A stretch of DNA of 64,000 bases from Lama guanicoe (Eukaryota), in contig MU053588.1 of assembly GCA_013239625.1 (NCBI GenBank), positions 3,314,799 to 3,378,798 on the forward strand. Direction: 5' to 3'. Within the stretch, counting starts at the first letter, position 1. Each line of letters begins with the position of its first letter. A program made the translations under genes and the position numbers. This document shows, piece by piece, positions 58,243 to 64,000 of the stretch. The notes beneath the pieces were generated by a model. The model saw only the letters and a program-made list of their open reading frames with translations. It was not told the DNA's origin and did no database searches.

Positions 58243-61200
58243 TTGGCTAACAGACTTCCCATAAGGATAGTTGGTCAGAGCAGGGTAGAAGCTGGGCAGG
58301 CCTCCTCTTCTGACAGGCTGCTCTCTCCAGCTCTCCCCTTCTACACCTGCCCATGTCACCCTTTTGCGCTGTAACTTGGTTTCCATAAACATTTGAGTCT
58401 GCAGGGAAGTGAAGGTTCTGAGAAGCCCTACAGCAAGGAACCCGGTTTAACATCCCCCAGCCCTGTGTCTCCCATGACTCCTCCACGGATCCTTTCCCCT
58501 CTTTCCACCTTGTTCCACGGAACCCCTGGCGCCAGTGCTGTGATGCTGTCTACACCAGGGAGCTGTCCAGTGCCCGGCAGGCTGTTCCCTTGACAGCCTT
58601 CAGCCTCAGAAGGGCCGTTCTGCTACTGAGCAGCACTCCCTTAACACTGACGGGTCTCTGCCTCCTTTGAGCTTCCTGCCTCTGGGCCTGGCTCTGCAGA
58701 AACACACAGAGCAATCTGGCCTCCCTACTCTGTAGAGACTCTTCCGAATGTAGCCTCCGAATGCCTGGCTCGCTACTGTTGCTGTATCTAGTCTGTAGGG
58801 CACTGCCTTTGTACCAGGCACTGTGCTAACGTGACCTCCTTGGACCCACAAATTCTCACCATAGCCAAGGCTCCCAGGGCGAGGGGGCGAAATGACTTGC
58901 CTGCCCCAGGTCACACAACTTGAACTCAAGAGGCAGAGCCAACTTGGGAGCCAGACCTAGGAGTCCAGGGCTCTAACTACATAATCTGGGGCTGCTGCCT
59001 CTAGCTGGCACTTCTCCCACTCCAGCCACCAGAGACCCCAGCAGCAGGTGTTCTCTTTGCCTCTTTGCCTCACTGATCAGTGCCAAGACTGGGAGGGCTT
59101 CACTAGGCCTCGACTTTCCGTGCCCCTGCTCCTGTTCTTTCTACACAGAAGTCAGCCCCCTCCCTTTACCGGACAGCTCCTTTTCATCCTTTAAGCCCCA
59201 GCTTGAGTCCACACCTTCAGGATGTCTTCAATGACTTCTCTCCCTCCAGTTGGTTTCATTTCCTGCCTCCTATTGCCCGTAGGAGCCCCCAGCTCCTGCC
59301 CCACTTCTGCCACAGTCCTGATACCCAGAGCTGTGTCCAAATGTGCCCTCAGAAATGTCTGTTAAAGGAACAAAGACTATAGGAAGGGAGGAGGGACAGG
59401 GCAGCCTGGTGCAGACCCAGCCAGGCCATCATCCCCTGTGAGCAGCAGACACTCCTTCTGTTCATACACCTTCAGAACCACCTCCTCCAGGCTCCCCTCG
59501 CACCTCAGCAGCAGCAGGCAGACCCTCTGCCAACTGCTGTCCCACCCAGGCCCTGACTCTCAAGGTCTCCTCAAACCCCTTCTGCCCAGCCCCTTTTTCT
59601 CCTCCTACCCCAGCTTCTCTCAGCTCCGATCTTCTCCATCTGTCCTCTGCAAGTTCAAAGCTGGATCAAGGTTGTTTCCTGGGAATTCTGTCACGCCATA
59701 ATCTCATTTCCCCAACTGACAAATGTTTATCCCATACAGCCCATGAGCTGGGCATCACACTGCACCCAGGCTGCAGTGGGGACCATGTTCCTCCTGCCCT
59801 CGCTGTCCGCTGCTGCCCGGCTCTGAGCTTGACCCTCTCCCCAGCCTGTGTCTCATGCCTGCTGATGCCACTTCCGATGCCTGTTCAGCTCTGTCCTGCC
59901 CTCATTTCGCAGACATTTCCCACCTCTGTGTCAGGAGAGACTCAGACCCAGCCTTGCCCCCGAGGGGCTCCCAGTCTTGTAGGGAAACAGACACACCATG
60001 GAGTCACTAAGAAATGTTTTACTTAAAAAGTCCTGAGAAAGTCGAAAGTGCCCATAGCCCTATCACTTTAAAATTACATAAAGTACGAAGGGGAAGTCCC
60101 CCTTCTGTCCCTCTAATGCCAGCTTCCAAAGTAATATCGGTTAAACAGTTTGGCAGGAACCTTCCGTGCATCTCCCTAGCTCGTACAGATGAAGGGATGG
60201 TCATAATACAGTTTTACAATTTGTGTGTCCCATGCTCGATAGGATGCTTTCCACTGAGGGTGCCACACGGATGTTTACTGAATCTATGAAGGATGTTTCG
60301 CTGCAGCTTTTCAGTGAAGGGTAGGGAAGACATCTCTCCAGAGGAGTGATTCAGAATGTCTGGGGTAGGGTAGGCATTGGTTGAAAATTTACATTAACTG
60401 TTAAAACATCATTTTGTATTGGGAGAGTGGAAGGGAAGGGAATCCCTATTTTTGTAATACGACCACACAAACGAAGCTTGACAAGATCTTTAAGGCAGAT
60501 AGGACCTAGTGAAGAAGGGTTTACCGAGAAACCTGCTGGATATGGTGGGAGTGTGGGAAAAGAAAGGCAGTCCGTGTCTGAGGGAGTCAGGGAAGGCTTC
60601 GGGGAGAAGGCAGTATCTGAATGAGGTGGGACAAGTAGGAGTTTACCAGGTGGATGAGCTGGGAGAAGGGTCCAGGGATGAGAATGGGGAATGCAAAGTG
60701 AGATAGCAGGGTAGGCTCGGGAAGTTGGGGGGTGGGAGCCAGCAAAGGATGAGCTGGAAGGGGGTGCCAGCTGGGCCACAACCCCACTCCAGGCAACTAA
60801 AGAAAAAAAGGGAATATTTGGCTCAGATGATTGAAAAGGCTCAGTCTGGAATATCAGGCCTGGCCCCAGGAATCTGTCTCCCTTTTCTTTCTGGGGCAGG
60901 CGTGATGGGTGCCAGCACTGCTAGACTTGCAGCCTGCCTGCCTGAGGAGATAAAACACCCACGGTCCAGGTTTGAGTTGGTGCCCCCGATCCCTGAGAGG
61001 GTGGGGTCAGCCCCACCTGGACTATATCACCTGAAAGTGGGGGAGGGCAAGTCCCCGAGAGGAGGAGATGGGTCCTACTGCTTGAGAAGGGGTGGTGGGT
61101 GCTAGGTCAGCCCAGCCACCCACCTGGAGGTGTGTCATCAGTGCACCCACAGGCCCTGGAGTCCAGGAGCTGTGCTGACAGGCGGGCCGGTCACTTCAGG

Positions 61201-61494
61201 ACTCCTGGGTTGGGATCTGCTCTTGCTCAGCTATCCTGGGATTTTAGCATGAGGTAGCGTGGGATGTAACACGCAATCCACGTGTAGGTGTTATTTTCTC
61301 CTGTTGAATTGTTCTCTGTTCCATGGTGTTCTGCCCCACGCTCCAGGACTTCCTGGGCTCCATATGACAGGGCCAGCCTCTGGGGGACTGGGATATATAG
61401 AAGATTCTATGCTAGAGACAGGCTAAGTCTGTCTGCCACACCTCCCCACCCACAACCTTTAGAGCTTCCTTAAGTGGAGGGACTGGAGCAATCA

Positions 61495-62475
61495 TAGTCA
61501 CTTATTCATTCAACAAACACATTGAGCACTGGTATATATACCAGGTGCCCATTCGTGGCCCTGAGGGGACAGCTGTGAACAAGACACAAGTGGCTGCCCT
61601 TGAGGATTTTATATTCTAGTGGAGAGACAGACGGTACACAGGTAAACAAACCAGCAAAACAAGGTGGTTTTAGTGTAAGTGTAATGAAGAAGATGAAACA
61701 AGGTGCTGTCATAGAGGGAGGAAGCCACTCTTAATGGGGTGGTCAGGAAGAGTCTCACTGAGAAGGTGGCCTTGGGGAACCAAGGCCTGAGTGAGTCAGG
61801 CATGAAGAAGCCAGGGGGAGAGCTTAATTAGGTAATGCAACAAGTGCAAAGGTTCTGAGGTGGAAACCAGCTTGGCTTGTTCAGGACACTGAGGAAGGTG
61901 GTATGACTGAAGCAGAGACAGTGAACAGGAGACAAGTAAGAAGTGAGACGGGAAGGCAGGCAGGGGCTCGTGGGTTAGGTCAAGGAGGTTGGAATGTGTG
62001 CTGGGTATGATGGGGGTTGTTGAGGGGCTTTAAGCAAATGAGGGGCCTACCCCAACTGACTGTCTACAAAGCTTCCTCAGCTCTGCAGGGAAAACGGACT
62101 ATGGGGGATGGAGTAGAAGCGAGGAGCCAAGTGAGAAGTCCTTGCAGGCATCCAGGTGGAAGAAGAGGGTGGAGGTGGGGTCCAGGATGCTATTTCCTAT
62201 GGTCCGATAGGTCAAGGGTGACTCCAGGATTTGGTCTTCAGCGATTGGGTGGTGGTGAGGTGGTTTCCTGAGTTGGGGAAGACAGGGGAGGAACTGGGTG
62301 TTTGGAGGGTGGGGCTGGGGAACCAGGAGTTTCACTTTGGACACAGTCGGGTTCTAAGAGCCTATTCATCACCCAAGTGGAGACATCAGATAGGCAGATG
62401 GATATTTGAGGCTGAAGCTCTGTGGGGATTCTGGGCAGGAGCTGGAAGTTGTCAGTTGTCAGACTGTCACATGGA
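61495..62475 (-). mobile_element. L2 LINE fragment (about 1 kb)
   Basis: ttattcattcaacaaacacattgagcac tail, caagtgcaaaggttctgagg, and ggagtttcactttggacac...ccaagtggagacatcagataggcagatggat. Confidence 0.85.
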
Positions 62476-62589
62476 CTAGTGGGGCTCCCTGCCTCAAGAG
62501 CTTATGGTTGAGCATGGTGACATGGAGGGGGTGGCATGAGGGCCCAGTGGTAGCAAGTGCCTGTGTTGGAGGACTCTGTTGTGATTTCC

Positions 62590-62930
62590 AAAATGCTTTG
62601 AGAATGGTAACATTACTCAGGCCTCAAAACAACCCAGTGAAGAGTCAGACATTATTACCCCCATTTTGTTGATGAGAAAACTGAGGCCCTGAGAGAAATG
62701 ACTCAGTAAAGATGACTACCATTTATGGAGGACCACTGAAGTGAACCAGTGATCAAGCTAAACGTTCTGTATGTGTTGTCTTATTTATTATTTAACAGCC
62801 CCATGAGGTAAGAATTATTGAGGTGTCACCTGAGGAAATTGAGGCTTACAGAGGGTAAGGAACTGCCCATGGTCTCACGGTGTGTGAAGGACAGAGTCAA
62901 GTTTCTGGCTGTCTCCAGAGCCAGGGTCAT
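62590..62930 (-). mobile_element. MIR SINE fragments
   Basis: attattacccccattttgttgatgagaaaactgaggc and gaggaaattgaggcttacagagggtaaggaactgccc. Confidence 0.75.
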
Positions 62931-63926
62931 TCCAGGACACTGAGCATCGTCACCCTATACAGTCAAGGCCCAGAAGAGAAAGCTGGCTTCCCTCAAGTTA
63001 CACAGCAAGAAGCAAACCCCCGAGGTTCTCAGTTGGAAAGGACCCTTGCACCACCCTAGTCTGCCCTCCCACCCAGTGTGGGAGCTTTCTCTGCACCATT
63101 CTGGGCAGGTGGGAGGGCAACTGCACCCAGGTGGCCCCCAGGACAGATACTCACTGCCTCCCCAGGCAGTAGATAACCAGCCAGGGTCAGGAAGCTGTCC
63201 TCATTTTGCACACAGTCGATTGAAGTGTAAATTACATGGTACCCCAGACCCCATCCCTTCCTGTCCTCCCTACTCTAGACTTAACTATAGGCTGCCAACA
63301 TCTTGGGAGAACGGGGTGTCCAGAACTGGTCATAATTTGCCATATCAGGGATGGCTAGTGAGTGTCAACGTTCATGTGGTGGCTGCCACAGCATACCAGG
63401 GAATGGAGAGTCGGCCCTGTGCGCTGGAGTGAGGCACTGCACCTGGGCAGCTCTGAGGCGTCAGCCTCCTCTAGTTCCTTCTCAAGGTGGCCTCCTCCCC
63501 ACCAGGTGGAACCAAGCCCAGATAGGAAAGTGGGCGATTACACTGCAGTCCTGCCGTGTGTCATATAAACCACGTGTCTCCGTCTTTCTGCCCCCAGTCT
63601 GTGGCCTAGATCCCACCTGTGGCAAAGCACAGACAGTCTGCACCGATACACCACCAGTCCTAAGTTTCCCCTTACCCATTCACTGAAAATTCATGGATCG
63701 CCTGTTAGGCAACTGCACTGGGGTAAGGCAGGGATCAGAACACAGCTATGAGCAAGAATTTTTCTCCTCCCTTTGGCCTTAATGGGCTGTGCTAGCCCTC
63801 TGTGCTTGTTTTTCTCACAGGTTAGCAGATGACCCACTAAATATCCTGGCCAGAGTCCCTGCTGGGTGCTTGCGCTGGTATACCTCCCATTATGCTAACT
63901 TCTCTACCAGCTGACTTGGTCCTGAT

Positions 63927-63940
63927 GCGCCCCCTAGTGG
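63927..63940 (-). promoter_or_regulatory. CTCF core motif (CCACTAGGGGGCGC on minus)
   Basis: Consensus-level match with its CpG retained in a CpG-poor intron. Confidence 0.7.
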
Positions 63941-64000
63941 CTTCAGATGGCACTGAGTCAGAGGGCTCTAGATTGTGGAGAAATGGGGCCTCCTACTGGC

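Noticed and set aside
57339..64000. Search for the next POU2F2 exon (DIQQLLQLQQ...) and the POU domain
   Set aside because: Not found by eye or in the ORF track. The region is intronic and the gene continues beyond the window.

Overview
Mammalian genomic DNA holding the 5' half of POU2F2 (Oct-2) on the + strand. A camelid origin is a tentative inference from one young L1 3' end and the lack of Alu, B1/B2, Bov-tA, CanSINE or PRE SINEs. The canonical first coding exon (MVHSSMGAP, 45656-45683) splices to four downstream exons (53250-53315, 53428-53462, 53605-53661, 56693-56809). The POU-domain exons lie beyond the window. Three isoform-generating elements are visible. One is a frame-compatible distal first exon (MAKTAAPTDGSS, 6802-6838) in its own CpG island about 39 kb upstream. 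Another is a 66-nt alternative acceptor extension of exon 5. The third is a 279-nt Oct-1-like Gln/Ala/Ser-rich cassette exon (57060-57338) behind a distant branch point with a QKI-type motif. The interval between the two promoters holds several short CpG/AT-mixed islands with CUT/ONECUT-type motifs, an exact kappaB site and RE1-like sites. Convergent CTCF motifs bracket the region. The rest is ancient L2, MIR, L1M, MLT1 and MER repeats, low-complexity tracts and a 74-N gap. Nearly all ORFs in the supplied track are spurious. I see no new gene family. The most interesting signal is the two-promoter plus cassette-exon switch, parts of which I recall being described in mouse neural tissue. Repeat boundaries are approximate and were assigned by eye.
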